From: an uncultured Verrucomicrobiae bacterium
GTDB lineage: Bacteria; Verrucomicrobiota; Verrucomicrobiia; Chthoniobacterales; JAFAMB01
Reading direction: 5' to 3'
NCBI GenBank assembly: GCA_963837955.1
Contig: CAWIPH010000002.1
Coordinates: 2,656,001-2,720,000 of the forward strand
Length of the DNA: 64,000 nucleotides
Shown here in pieces: positions 1 to 8,784 of this stretch; position 1 is the stretch's first letter, and each line of letters opens with the position of its first letter. The position numbers were made by a program, and so were the translations under genes. A model generated the notes under the pieces. It was not told where the DNA came from and ran no database searches. It saw only the letters and a program-made list of their open reading frames with translations.

Positions 1-1
1 C

Positions 2-352
2 GAAATCTCGAAACGGGTCTACGGGGCAATCGAACAGCTTCTCATCGAAACTTCCGAGCGGGCCAAAAAGGACGGCGATCTTCCAACGGAATTCGACGCT
101 TCCGAACTGGGGCGGCTATTGCTGGCAGTCACTCAGGGGCTGACGTTTCTGGAGAAGACCGGCATCGATTCCCGAGATCTACTCAGCATCATGGAAGGAG
201 CCCGGCATCTACTTCTGGGTGAGAAAAGCGACGAACCTGCACCCGGATCTCATCCCAAGAAACGATCGCGGGCGGTCCGAAAGCAACCCGCGCAGCACGT
301 GCGTACCTTTCGGCGAGCTGCGGATTCCAGCAAGAAATTACCCAAAGAGTAA
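2..352 (+). CDS. TetR/AcrR-family regulator, C-terminal part (5' end outside window)
   Basis: Frame is open from base 2: EISKRVYGAIEQLLIETSERAKKDGDLPTEFDASELGRLLLAVTQGLTFLEKTG, which resembles a TetR C-terminal domain (A..GD/EL....D...L..LL...QG). Confidence 0.65.
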   Translation, partial: EISKRVYGAIEQLLIETSERAKKDGDLPTEFDASELGRLLLAVTQGLTFLEKTGIDSRDLLSIMEGARHLLLGEKSDEPAPGSHPKKRSRAVRKQPAQHVRTFRRAADSSKKLPKE

Positions 353-695
353 CCGAGATCCACATCCTCCTGATTCGTTCGCTTTTTAACGAAGAGATTC
401 CGCGTAGGATCCTTCTGGCGTTTCTCTACAGTAACCGACTTCTGCTTCCCGGCAGCTTCCAGGTAGCTTACTTCTTGCGCGGGTATGTGACTACTTGCCC
501 ATAGAACTTTGGTATTATAGCAATCAGCGACGATTTTCTGGTAGTCTGCGCGATTGAAATGAGGATTCACAGTTGGGAAGGATCGGCGAGCTCTGCTTCA
601 TCCGTTCTTTTGCTGCTACCAGGTTTTGAATTTCTGACCAAGGGCAGTATGCAATCGCCTTCTGACGAGCCTCGGCTCCAAAAACAAGGAGAGTT

Positions 696-866
696 ATGAA
701 AAAATACGGGACGTTATTGATAGCCGGTCTAGTCCTCGGCCTCATTAGCTTAGCCAATCTAGCTTTCCACGGCAGACTCGATTCCAAACCCTCGACCGGG
801 TTCATGATCCTGGCCGGTTCGGGAATGCTTAGAATGATTATGCGCCTGCGACGCCATGTCGGATAA
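696..866 (+). pseudogene. Collapsed PEP-CTERM gene remnant (signal peptide fused directly to a sorting tail), 56 aa
   Basis: AGGAGA RBS, then MKKYGTLLIAGLVLGLISLANLAFHGRLDSKPSTGFMILAGSGMLRMIMRLRRHVG*. DNA ATTCCA-AACCCTCGACC reads IP(E)PST if one G is restored. Confidence 0.55.
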
Positions 867-887
867 CTAACTCAAATCGTTTCTCTT

Positions 888-1697
888 ATGCGAATCTTCT
901 ATCTTATGTTCCTGCTTCCGCTGGTCGGCCTGATCGCCCCAGCGACAGCAGCTACGACGCCGCTTTTCGATAGTGGCGGCTCCACTATTGTTGGTGGCAA
1001 CGCTGGTCCCTACAATGACGTCGTCAACATTAACGCCGCGAGCGGTACGGAAACCTTCTATGTCGCTGTGGGCACGGGCAACGGCTCAAACAGTTCGCCC
1101 TGGACCGCCGGTAATACGGTTACGGCGCTCAATCTCTCGCTCTGGGGTTTCTCTCCCAGCGGCAGCGCTGTACCGGTCACGGTCGGCCTCTATACCGGTA
1201 CTGACACCGGCACGGGTCTGAGTGGACTGACCGCGATTGGCAGTGCGCTGACTCAAAATATAAACAACACGACCGGTGGCAATTACAATAACACTGCCAG
1301 CGTCTTTAGCTTCGGGCTCACCGGCGCAGCCCAAACCACCAACCCCATCGCGCCGAACACGCAGCTGATAGTGGGCATTACCATCACTACGGGCAATTCC
1401 TTCGACATAGCAACCGGTGCTCTCTTCGGTGGATCGCCTCAGCCTAACTACACCTTTAGTAATTCGTTCACCGGCTCGAGCGGTTTAAACCCCAACAGCT
1501 ATTTCTATACGGCCGGTAATGGCAACGTTTCCGGTGCGGTGCTCTCCCAAGATGTCGGCCTGGCCTCCTTCTTTGATCTGACGGCCACAGTGACACCGGT
1601 TCCCGAGCCACCGCTCGGACATTATCTGCTCCTTTCTCTACCCCTACTCATCGGCGTCACTTTGGTCCGTCGGCTTCGCCCAAGCGCAGCCAACTGA
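888..1697 (+). CDS. PEP-CTERM (exosortase-target) surface protein, Gly/Ser/Thr/Asn-rich
   Basis: N-terminal signal peptide; C-terminal VPEPP + hydrophobic helix + RRLR. Confidence 0.85.
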   Translation: MRIFYLMFLLPLVGLIAPATAATTPLFDSGGSTIVGGNAGPYNDVVNINAASGTETFYVAVGTGNGSNSSPWTAGNTVTALNLSLWGFSPSGSAVPVTVGLYTGTDTGTGLSGLTAIGSALTQNINNTTGGNYNNTASVFSFGLTGAAQTTNPIAPNTQLIVGITITTGNSFDIATGALFGGSPQPNYTFSNSFTGSSGLNPNSYFYTAGNGNVSGAVLSQDVGLASFFDLTATVTPVPEPPLGHYLLLSLPLLIGVTLVRRLRPSAAN

Positions 1698-1778
1698 CGA
1701 CAAAGCTGAAACAGAAATCCTCGGGCAAAGACCCAAAGTATGAAGTTCATGGCGTGGCCTCGCTGCGCGACAATACAT

Positions 1779-2975
1779 ATGAAAACACCAAATTATATTA
1801 GCTTGCCGCTATTTGCGGCTTGTGCTTCCGCTACGCTACTTTTCGTATCAAGTGCCGCAGCACAGAATGTCGGGATTGGGGTTTCCAACCCCCAATCAAA
1901 ACTCAGCGTTAACGGTACGACCAGCTCTGGAGGATTGGCAATTGGTGATTCTACGTACACCAGCACCTCCGGCTCCGTTGCTCCGGCCAACGGAGCAATT
2001 ATTCAGGGAAATGTGGGGGTCGGTACCACTACGCCTCGAGCTCCCTTGGATGTTCCCGGGTTCAGCACCCTAACAGAGACCGGAGGCGTACGTACTTTCT
2101 TTAATTATTCGACCATCCCTCAGTTAACTCAGCAGACAGTTACCACAACCCAGAATGTCGCGTCAGCGGTGTTCGGTCAGTCCGTTTTTACAGCGAACTC
2201 CTTCATCTCTTATGGCGGTACACTAACGGCGTCTGATACACGTTTGAAGGATATTATCGGGCGTTCGAATAGCGCGAAAGACCTCGAGACGCTTAAGCAG
2301 ATCGAGGTCACTGATTACACCCTGAAAGATGCGGTGACCTATGGAAACAGACCGTTAAAAAGGGTCATTGCCCAACAAGTGGAATGTGTTTATCCGACCG
2401 CAGTTGAACCGATCGGATTAAAAGGAGTCACGTTCACCCCAGACATTTATGCAGTGTCCGAATCCATTAAGTTGGAGAAACCGGGTGTCTATACAATCAG
2501 TCTGGCAAAAGCACATAGCTTGAAAGACGGAGATACCCTACGCGTAATTACCGAGAAGAACGACGAGCTGAGTGTGGTGGCCCACGTCGTAAATGACAAA
2601 GCCTTTACTGTGGAAACCAAAGAACCACTTGGTGATAAAGTGTTCGTTTACGGCAAGGAATGCCTGGACCTGAAAGGGATCGATTACGATGCGATCAGCA
2701 TGCTGAATGTCAGCGCCACGCAGGAGTTGGCAAAGAAGGTTGAAGCATTAGAGAAAGAGAATTTCGAACTTAGAGCTCATACCAATCGCCTCACTGCTAT
2801 AGAAGAAGAGCAGAAAGCAGAGATAGGTAAGCAGCAATCGGAAATCGCAGCTCTGAAAACTGCCAATGAAAGATTAACAGCGATATCTTCGGAAATAGAG
2901 GGGTTGAAAAAAGCGGTTATTGACATCCAAACAAAGGACAAAGGCTCCATTCACCACGTCGTTCTCAACAATTGA
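1779..2975 (+). CDS. Secreted tail-fibre-like protein with Peptidase S74 intramolecular chaperone and C-terminal coiled coil
   Basis: Signal peptide (AAA-Q); two NVGIG/NVGVGTTTP repeats; ASDTRLK autocleavage motif; VIAQQVE..YP.AV and IDYDAISMLNVSATQEL motifs. Confidence 0.85.
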   Translation: MKTPNYISLPLFAACASATLLFVSSAAAQNVGIGVSNPQSKLSVNGTTSSGGLAIGDSTYTSTSGSVAPANGAIIQGNVGVGTTTPRAPLDVPGFSTLTETGGVRTFFNYSTIPQLTQQTVTTTQNVASAVFGQSVFTANSFISYGGTLTASDTRLKDIIGRSNSAKDLETLKQIEVTDYTLKDAVTYGNRPLKRVIAQQVECVYPTAVEPIGLKGVTFTPDIYAVSESIKLEKPGVYTISLAKAHSLKDGDTLRVITEKNDELSVVAHVVNDKAFTVETKEPLGDKVFVYGKECLDLKGIDYDAISMLNVSATQELAKKVEALEKENFELRAHTNRLTAIEEEQKAEIGKQQSEIAALKTANERLTAISSEIEGLKKAVIDIQTKDKGSIHHVVLNN

Positions 2976-3022
2976 CAATTATTTTGATAAGGGAACTCAA
3001 CCTAAATACGCGGACGCTTTCG

Positions 3023-3234
3023 CCGGTCCCCGAACCACCCCTTGGGCATTATCTGCTCCTTTCTCTACCCCTACTCATCGGGATCACGCCGCTTTCGCTC
3101 ATGTGCAGGTAGCTGCAGACAAAGCTGAAACAGAAATCCTCGAACAAAGACCCAAAGTAAGAAGTTGGTGACCTGATTTCGGCACAATACATAATGAAAA
3201 CACAAAATAGTATTAGCCGGCCGCTGTTTGCGGG
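3023..3234 (+). repeat. Degenerate direct copy of 1596-1820 (PEP-CTERM tail + spacer + S74 gene start)
   Basis: Shared blocks CATTATCTGCTCCTTTCTCTACCCCTACTCATCGG, GACAAAGCTGAAACAGAAATCCTCG, CAAAGACCCAAAGTA, CAATACATA.ATGAAAACAC. Confidence 0.92.
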
Positions 3235-3592
3235 ATGAAAGCGCTACAGAAATCTGTTAGCTCTCAGCACAATAGCAGCGACACCATTCGTCCGGTTGCT
3301 TTGAATCAGTAATGTTAGCAACCGACGGATCGATAAGCGAGGCGGCTGCAAAAGTAAGACACAGTCTTCGATTTAATTGCAAAAAGCTGCTTTGAAAATG
3401 TTCCAGTCTACGATCTAACTGCCGTCGAACCAGTGGGTAAAATTATCGTTATAATTGTACCCACCACACAAGAATTGAGCCTAGTTGGTAAACCGAAGGT
3501 TATTTACCGGCCGAGGCGCCACCACCTAAGCGCTAAGTTAATAGGTCGCGATCAGGATCGCTGTTAGCGGTTAGAGAAAGTCAAGTGCCATA

Positions 3593-3833
3593 GGGACCTC
3601 ACGAAAGTAGCCCAGTACGAAGTGCTGGGAAATGATTCAAAAAGACACGTCCGTCCCGTCAAGGGACGATCGAAACGTTCGGCTTTTGATGGTCTCGCAC
3701 ACCGCGATTGCCGGTATTGGTCGATCGTCCCGTTCCTCCTTCGTCATCCTGACTATGGCGGACAAGCCGGGACGGATAGCTCTTTAAGAACGCTAACCCA
3801 GCACTTCGTACTGGGCTACTTTCACTGAGTCCC
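3593..3833. repeat. REPIN/MITE-like inverted-repeat element
   Basis: Perfect 27-bp IR GAAAGTAGCCCAGTACGAAGTGCTGGG (3603-3629 / 3797-3823); internal CGTCCC/GGGACG palindromes; repeated GGCGGACAAGCCGGGAC downstream. Confidence 0.8.
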
Positions 3834-4070
3834 TTCCTCCTTCGCGCCGTAGCTCGAAAAGCGAAGTGGTCTCAGCGCTACGGCGGACAAGCCGGGACAA
3901 AACGCCCTAAGTTAGCGCTTATGACGCGCCGCCCTCGGCGAGAAGCAGGTGAAGCGGGGTGAGGGGACCAAGCTCGATGAACTCGTGCTTTATGAGTCCC
4001 GCTTTGCCTAAAGGCAGTTCTGCCAACAGTACATGCGCCTAACGCGGAGAGAGGGAGAGATGCGTCATTA

Positions 4071-5642
4071 TTAAGGCGCCGAGAAGTCCAGCACGCGGCC
4101 GTTGAAATCATAGACGATCCAACCGTAACCTGCCTTGGCCGAATCCTCTGGCAGGTCCCTGACGCGGACCTCGATGGCCCGGGCGCCGGCTTTGCGCACG
4201 AATAGGTGCGGGCCAATGCTGACGCTCTCCAGGTATACCTTCTTGCCCTGGCCGAACTTTTTCAGCGCTTCGGCCTCGAGCGTCGCGATCTTTTGCTCGG
4301 TCAGCGACGCCAGGTCCTCGACGCCGAACCGGGGTCCCGTTGAATTGAGCGAGAAAGTAATCCCCGCGCGGGTGACGCCATCCGCGGAAAGATCAAATGT
4401 TGCCGGTTGGCCACCATTGGTGGGTTCGTCAACCGTAATCCGCCCGCCTCTGTCATCGGCGACAATCGACGCTATCTTTACATTCGGACCGAAGATTGTG
4501 CCGATGCGCGAAATTGCGCCGGCGAGCGTCGCAGGGTCCAGCCAGACCATCTTGGGACGACGGCTTTTCGGCAACAACACGCGCTCGATGGTGCCTTTGG
4601 TATCCGCGACAACGGAGGTGACCTCATCGCTTGGATCGGTGACCTGGACCGTCCAGGCGAGAACCGGCTCGCCCGGCCCGGCCGACATTTTTTCCACGCC
4701 GATACGGGTCACCTGCGCTTGTGGTATTGAGACTTTCGCGAGCGAGTTCGCCTCGAGCTTGGCGAGTATCGTCCAGTCAACATCGTCGATGCTGAACGGC
4801 GCCGGTCCCGGCGTTCCCATTTCCGCGTTGACGTCGATCTTGCCGAGGCGTTGGATCAATCCGTCCAGGCTCCAGGTGTAGCTACAGCTGGCGGGCATGC
4901 TGTTGCTAATGACCTTGCCGAACGTCGTGTCGCGGATATTCGTGGCGAAGCTCACCATCTGGGTGTCAATGCTCACCGCCGTCAGGACTCGCTCCGAGCC
5001 GTGCGCAGCGCGAAACGCGGCCGCCGCGTCCACCATCAGTTCGGGCTCCCTGAACAGGTTCAGGGACTTCGCCCGCTCTGTACCGCTGAGGTCGGCACCG
5101 ATAATTTCGCCTTGGGCGTTGGCGAACACTTCGGCGTGCTCCCGACCGCTCGTCAGGTGCAATGTCCAACGGATATCGGCGCTGGTTGGCTTCGGCAGGA
5201 TGAACGTCACTCGCGCGATCTCCATATGCGAGATGACGGCCGCATCCTGGATGTGGGCACGCTCGATCGCGGCCTTCTTGAGTTTTGATGTCGCCGAAAA
5301 AGCGACCGCGTCGAGATCGAACAGGTTGGCTTCGAGGTTCGGGTCGAGCAGTTGAAGATCGACCGCCTCAGGTCCCGTTACCCATCGCATCGGAATGAAT
5401 CCCAGAACGCGATTTACACATCGCCACCGGTTGACATGGTTTAGGTTGCTAGGATCCTGTGCCTCGATCGTTACGACATTCGGAGGAACCTCGATCTTCA
5501 GGACGCGTGGGTGATTACCGATCGCGGAGCGTAGTGCGGGGATCGCTTGAATCAATTCGTTCTCGTCGTCCACGAAGCTCGCCTGGGCGCTTCCGCATGC
5601 GACTATGAACGTCAGACCGACGAATGTCGAAAGCACCTTCAT
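4071..5642 (-). CDS. Secreted hypothetical protein with three internal ~170-aa repeats
   Basis: 523-aa ORF with signal peptide; repeated F.(L/I/V)(D/E)(A/D)(V/L) and W/I.(L/V).(L/V)...(A/D)..G.(I/V) motifs. Confidence 0.75.
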   Translation of the reverse strand: MKVLSTFVGLTFIVACGSAQASFVDDENELIQAIPALRSAIGNHPRVLKIEVPPNVVTIEAQDPSNLNHVNRWRCVNRVLGFIPMRWVTGPEAVDLQLLDPNLEANLFDLDAVAFSATSKLKKAAIERAHIQDAAVISHMEIARVTFILPKPTSADIRWTLHLTSGREHAEVFANAQGEIIGADLSGTERAKSLNLFREPELMVDAAAAFRAAHGSERVLTAVSIDTQMVSFATNIRDTTFGKVISNSMPASCSYTWSLDGLIQRLGKIDVNAEMGTPGPAPFSIDDVDWTILAKLEANSLAKVSIPQAQVTRIGVEKMSAGPGEPVLAWTVQVTDPSDEVTSVVADTKGTIERVLLPKSRRPKMVWLDPATLAGAISRIGTIFGPNVKIASIVADDRGGRITVDEPTNGGQPATFDLSADGVTRAGITFSLNSTGPRFGVEDLASLTEQKIATLEAEALKKFGQGKKVYLESVSIGPHLFVRKAGARAIEVRVRDLPEDSAKAGYGWIVYDFNGRVLDFSAP

Positions 5643-6082
5643 GGGCAGCCGATTGTGCCTTCCTGGTACGCCTTCTGCAATACATAAAACGCCTCCTTCT
5701 TTTCACCCTGATCAGCGCCTGTGCGCGCCAAGTAACTTCTGGATTAACATAATGTCGTCTGATTGATGACGTTAGTTATGTCGGATCACTAGGAGTTCAT
5801 CTTCCTCCTCATTTTCTAAAACGTTTAGTCCTGGTTAGTGAGCGGGATTAAATAGGTGTGAAGTTCAGGAAATGCTCAGGGCTTGATGACGGCGGATGTC
5901 CGCGCGGAAAATTCTTGAGCCGCTGAACCAGAAGAGTGGCCGAGTTATCGCTATTTGCCACACCGCATATAACTCGGGCGGCCGCGCTTCGCCGCGATTT
6001 GATGAAACTGAAGCTATCGGAAAACTGCCTCCGTAGCTTATAGGTTATACGCGACCTATGCCCAGACCTTCCGTTCAAGCCG

Positions 6083-6109
6083 TGGGCTGTCGCATTGGGC
6101 GACAGCCCA
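6083..6109 (-). terminator. Hairpin downstream of the SDR gene
   Basis: TGGGCTGTCGC-ATTGG-GCGACAGCCCA 11-bp stem, no U-tract. Confidence 0.35.
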
Positions 6110-6134
6110 GTTGGAAGGGATAGTTCGGGGACGG

Positions 6135-6872
6135 TCAGTTCAGTCGAACACCACCGTCGATGATCAGCTCCGTGCCGGTAATGTTGCTCGAATCCTCCGA
6201 CAGCAGGAATCTTGCTGCCCGGGCCACTTCGTCGGATGTGCCGAACCGCTTTAAGAGCGACTTGGCGACAATCGTTTCCTCAAACCCCTTCTGCTGGTCA
6301 GCGGGAAGGCCGATTTTCTTTATTATCGGCGTGTCAATCGGTCCCGGGCTTAACACATTCACCCGTACACCGCGCGGGGCTAACTCGACCGCTAAAGTCT
6401 TGCCGAGGGAAATGACCGCAGCCTTGGTCGCCGAATAGATCGACGTGCCGGCGAAGGCGATAGAACCGGCGATGGAGGATGTGAATACGACGGAGCTCGG
6501 ATTGCCTAACAAAGGCAGCAGCGATTGAAGTTGGAAATAGAGACCTCGCACGTTCACATTGAACATGTCGTCATAATTCTTGGGCGTTACAGCGTCGAAC
6601 GGTGCGAAGGTGCCTATGCCCGCATTCAAGAAAGCTCCGTCGAGATGATCCGCAAATGCTTTGATTTCGTCACCCAGCGCCTGCGCGGCAGCCAGGTTAC
6701 CGGAATCCGAGGGAAGGACGACCACGTTGGTGAGAGTCTTTTTAGCAGAAGCAAGAGTTTCGGGATTGCGTCCGGTGACGATGACCTTTGCGCCCTGGGC
6801 GCTTAAGAGTTGGGCTGTGGCCAGGCCGATTCCGGTAGTTCCGCCAGTGATAAGAATGGTTTTGGTATTCAT
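6135..6872 (-). CDS. SDR-family oxidoreductase
   Basis: TGGTTGIG, NAG, YSATK catalytic motif, GVRVNVLSPGPIDT. Confidence 0.95.
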   Translation of the reverse strand: MNTKTILITGGTTGIGLATAQLLSAQGAKVIVTGRNPETLASAKKTLTNVVVLPSDSGNLAAAQALGDEIKAFADHLDGAFLNAGIGTFAPFDAVTPKNYDDMFNVNVRGLYFQLQSLLPLLGNPSSVVFTSSIAGSIAFAGTSIYSATKAAVISLGKTLAVELAPRGVRVNVLSPGPIDTPIIKKIGLPADQQKGFEETIVAKSLLKRFGTSDEVARAARFLLSEDSSNITGTELIIDGGVRLN

Positions 6873-6892
6873 GTGGTGTAGAATAGATCGCT

Positions 6893-6930
6893 TAGTTCAA
6901 TAGATCTATTGTTCAATACATATGAACTAT
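6893..6930. promoter_or_regulatory. Putative operator of the divergent ArsR regulator
   Basis: Direct repeat GTTCAATA(G/C)AT plus palindrome GTTC-N9-GAAC between the divergent genes. Confidence 0.55.
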
Positions 6931-6937
6931 TGGACTA

Positions 6938-7297
6938 TTGTCAAGGCCGTGTTATGAGTACTCTGTGAGGCCGCTCTTCCATCCCGCTGTCAGCGACATT
7001 ACTGTCGAGGGCCTCCTTTATGCCTTGTCCGATCCCGTGCGCGCCCAAATTTATGCGGAAATGGCCGCATCTGAATGCCCCCTGACGTGTTCCAACTTCC
7101 GCATACTGGACAGCCGCACCTTGCCCAAGGCGACCCTATCCCAGCATTTCAAAATCCTGCGCGAATCCGGCCTTATTCGTAGCGAACGCAAGGGCGTCCA
7201 AATGCACAACACGACCCGTTGCGCGGAACTCAAGGAACGCTTCGGCGACATGCTCGCCGCGATCCTTACTACTTACGCTCAAAATTCGCGCCGGTGA
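6938..7297 (+). CDS. ArsR/SmtB-family regulator (start may be GTG ~6966)
   Basis: ALSDPVR, LSQHFKILRESGLI winged HTH. Confidence 0.85.
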   Translation: MSRPCYEYSVRPLFHPAVSDITVEGLLYALSDPVRAQIYAEMAASECPLTCSNFRILDSRTLPKATLSQHFKILRESGLIRSERKGVQMHNTTRCAELKERFGDMLAAILTTYAQNSRR

Positions 7298-7415
7298 ATT
7301 TAGGCTTCTGGTTAAGCCTGGCAGGAGTTCACGGATTTACTTCTTCGGACAACGCTCTGAAACTCGATTAGAGCGCCTTTCCAGAGTCGTTGGCTATTTT
7401 TAAAAAACAAGTGGC

Positions 7416-7458
7416 GCAGTCAAATAGCTGCACATATATTTGCAGTCAAATAACTGCA
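7416..7458 (+). promoter_or_regulatory. Tandem ArsR autoregulatory operator
   Basis: Two copies of GCAGTCAAATA(G/A)CTGCA (GCAG-N8-CTGC palindrome) directly before ATG 7461. Confidence 0.6.
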
Positions 7459-7460
7459 TA

Positions 7461-7784
7461 ATGGAATCAAGAAGAGATGTATTTCAAGCAATTGCCGACC
7501 CTACCAGAAGGGCAATTCTCACATTGCTTGCGGTGCAGGCATTAACGCCAGGAGCCATTGCCGACAATTTCAAATCATCACGGCAAACAATTTCAAAGCA
7601 CATTCAAATACTTACCGAGTGTGAATTGCTTAAACCGGAGCAAAACGGCAGGGAAATTTACTATCACATCAACGCAAAAAAAATGACAGAAGTAGCCGAC
7701 TTTATCGAACCATTCCGCAAACTGTGGGATGATAGGTTTAATAAATTGGAAACCATAATGAAAAAATACAAATCAAGAAAATAG
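7461..7784 (+). CDS. ArsR/SmtB-family regulator
   Basis: [29 protein letters not shown]. Confidence 0.92.
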   Translation: MESRRDVFQAIADPTRRAILTLLAVQALTPGAIADNFKSSRQTISKHIQILTECELLKPEQNGREIYYHINAKKMTEVADFIEPFRKLWDDRFNKLETIMKKYKSRK

Positions 7785-7790
7785 AATAAT

Positions 7791-8255
7791 ATGGAACAAA
7801 AAACAAAAATCAATGTCGAAGACGGCAAACAAGAATTAGTGATTACCAGGGAATTTGATTTGCCATTGGAATTACTTTTTAAAGCGTATGTAGAGCCCGA
7901 CATTGTTGAGCAATGGATGGGAACGAAAGTGCTGAAACTCGAAAGTAAAAAGCACGGCAGTTACCAATTTGAAACAACCGATGCTCAAGGAAACAAATAC
8001 GGGTTCAATGGGGCAATCCATGAGTTTAGCCCGAACCAGAAAATCACCCGGACATTTGAAATGGAGAATACGCCTTTTGGCGTCCAGCTTGAGTTCTATG
8101 AATTTGAAAAACTCACTGACGACACCAGCAAACTCAATATGCACGTAATATATGAATCGGTTGCCCAAAGAGACCAGGTGCTAAAAATAGGGATGGCGCA
8201 GGGCATAAACATGGCACATAACCGATTACAAGGCATAGTGAGCAAATTGAAATAA
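7791..8255 (+). CDS. SRPBCC/AHSA1 (Aha1) domain protein
   Basis: LVITREFDLP.ELLFKAY..PD...QW motif; typical partner of ArsR. Confidence 0.9.
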   Translation: MEQKTKINVEDGKQELVITREFDLPLELLFKAYVEPDIVEQWMGTKVLKLESKKHGSYQFETTDAQGNKYGFNGAIHEFSPNQKITRTFEMENTPFGVQLEFYEFEKLTDDTSKLNMHVIYESVAQRDQVLKIGMAQGINMAHNRLQGIVSKLK

Positions 8256-8261
8256 CAGACT

Positions 8262-8573
8262 GTGACGAATGCCACCAAACGTTCGATTCTTCGCTGTATT
8301 CACCTCATCTTTAGCATTCCGATACTCGGTTACATTTATGGTCCAGTTTCGGAAGTTGAACAATACGCCGCCGCTGTTCGGTTTGTCTTCGTTCCTGTAA
8401 TTGTCCTTTCCGGATTTTGGATGTATTCAGGCGTATTCTTCGCCATCATTGGCGTTGCGGTATGGCTCGGTGCATATCAGCTGTCTGGATATGGGGCGGC
8501 TGTCCTGAGTCAGGTCGCGCTATTCATCGCGCGGAAGACTTGGTTGGTGATTCGTGCGCAACCTTCAAAGTGA
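8262..8573 (+). CDS. Small hypothetical membrane protein
   Basis: 103 aa, about four hydrophobic segments, R.IHLIFSIPILGYIYGP motif. Confidence 0.7.
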   Translation: MTNATKRSILRCIHLIFSIPILGYIYGPVSEVEQYAAAVRFVFVPVIVLSGFWMYSGVFFAIIGVAVWLGAYQLSGYGAAVLSQVALFIARKTWLVIRAQPSK

Positions 8574-8577
8574 TCGG

Positions 8578-8647
8578 GCCTATCCATGCAGTGCAGCCAA
8601 CCGCTGCCCGCTGCGCGGTCAGCGGTGGCTGACCTTTATCGTTAGGC
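8578..8647 (+). mobile_element. attC-like integron cassette recombination site (degenerate R'')
   Basis: GCCTATC-CATGC-AGTGCAGC...GCTGACC-TTTATC-GTTAGGC; paired L boxes with an extra G; inner stem ACCGCTG/CAGCGGT. Confidence 0.7.
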
Positions 8648-8784
8648 ACTTGAACACGCTCGATGAAGAAACGACCCGCAAAAGGCAGTCGGAAAGAAAT
8701 GAAGTCCCCCCAATTCAATTCAGTTGCGGAATATTTAGCCTCACAGGAGCCTGCGAAAGAAAGGACTCTCAGGTCCGTCAATAA

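Noticed and set aside
1779..2975. Prophage
   Set aside because: The S74 protein has a signal peptide and no other phage genes are nearby.
1596..3234. Diversity-generating retroelement TR/VR pair
   Set aside because: Differences include indels and non-adenine changes, and there is no reverse transcriptase in the window.
4135..5355. Long antisense ORFs over the 523-aa gene and similar shadows over ppc, thiC, treS and nadB
   Set aside because: Expected shadow frames of GC-rich coding DNA; no motifs.
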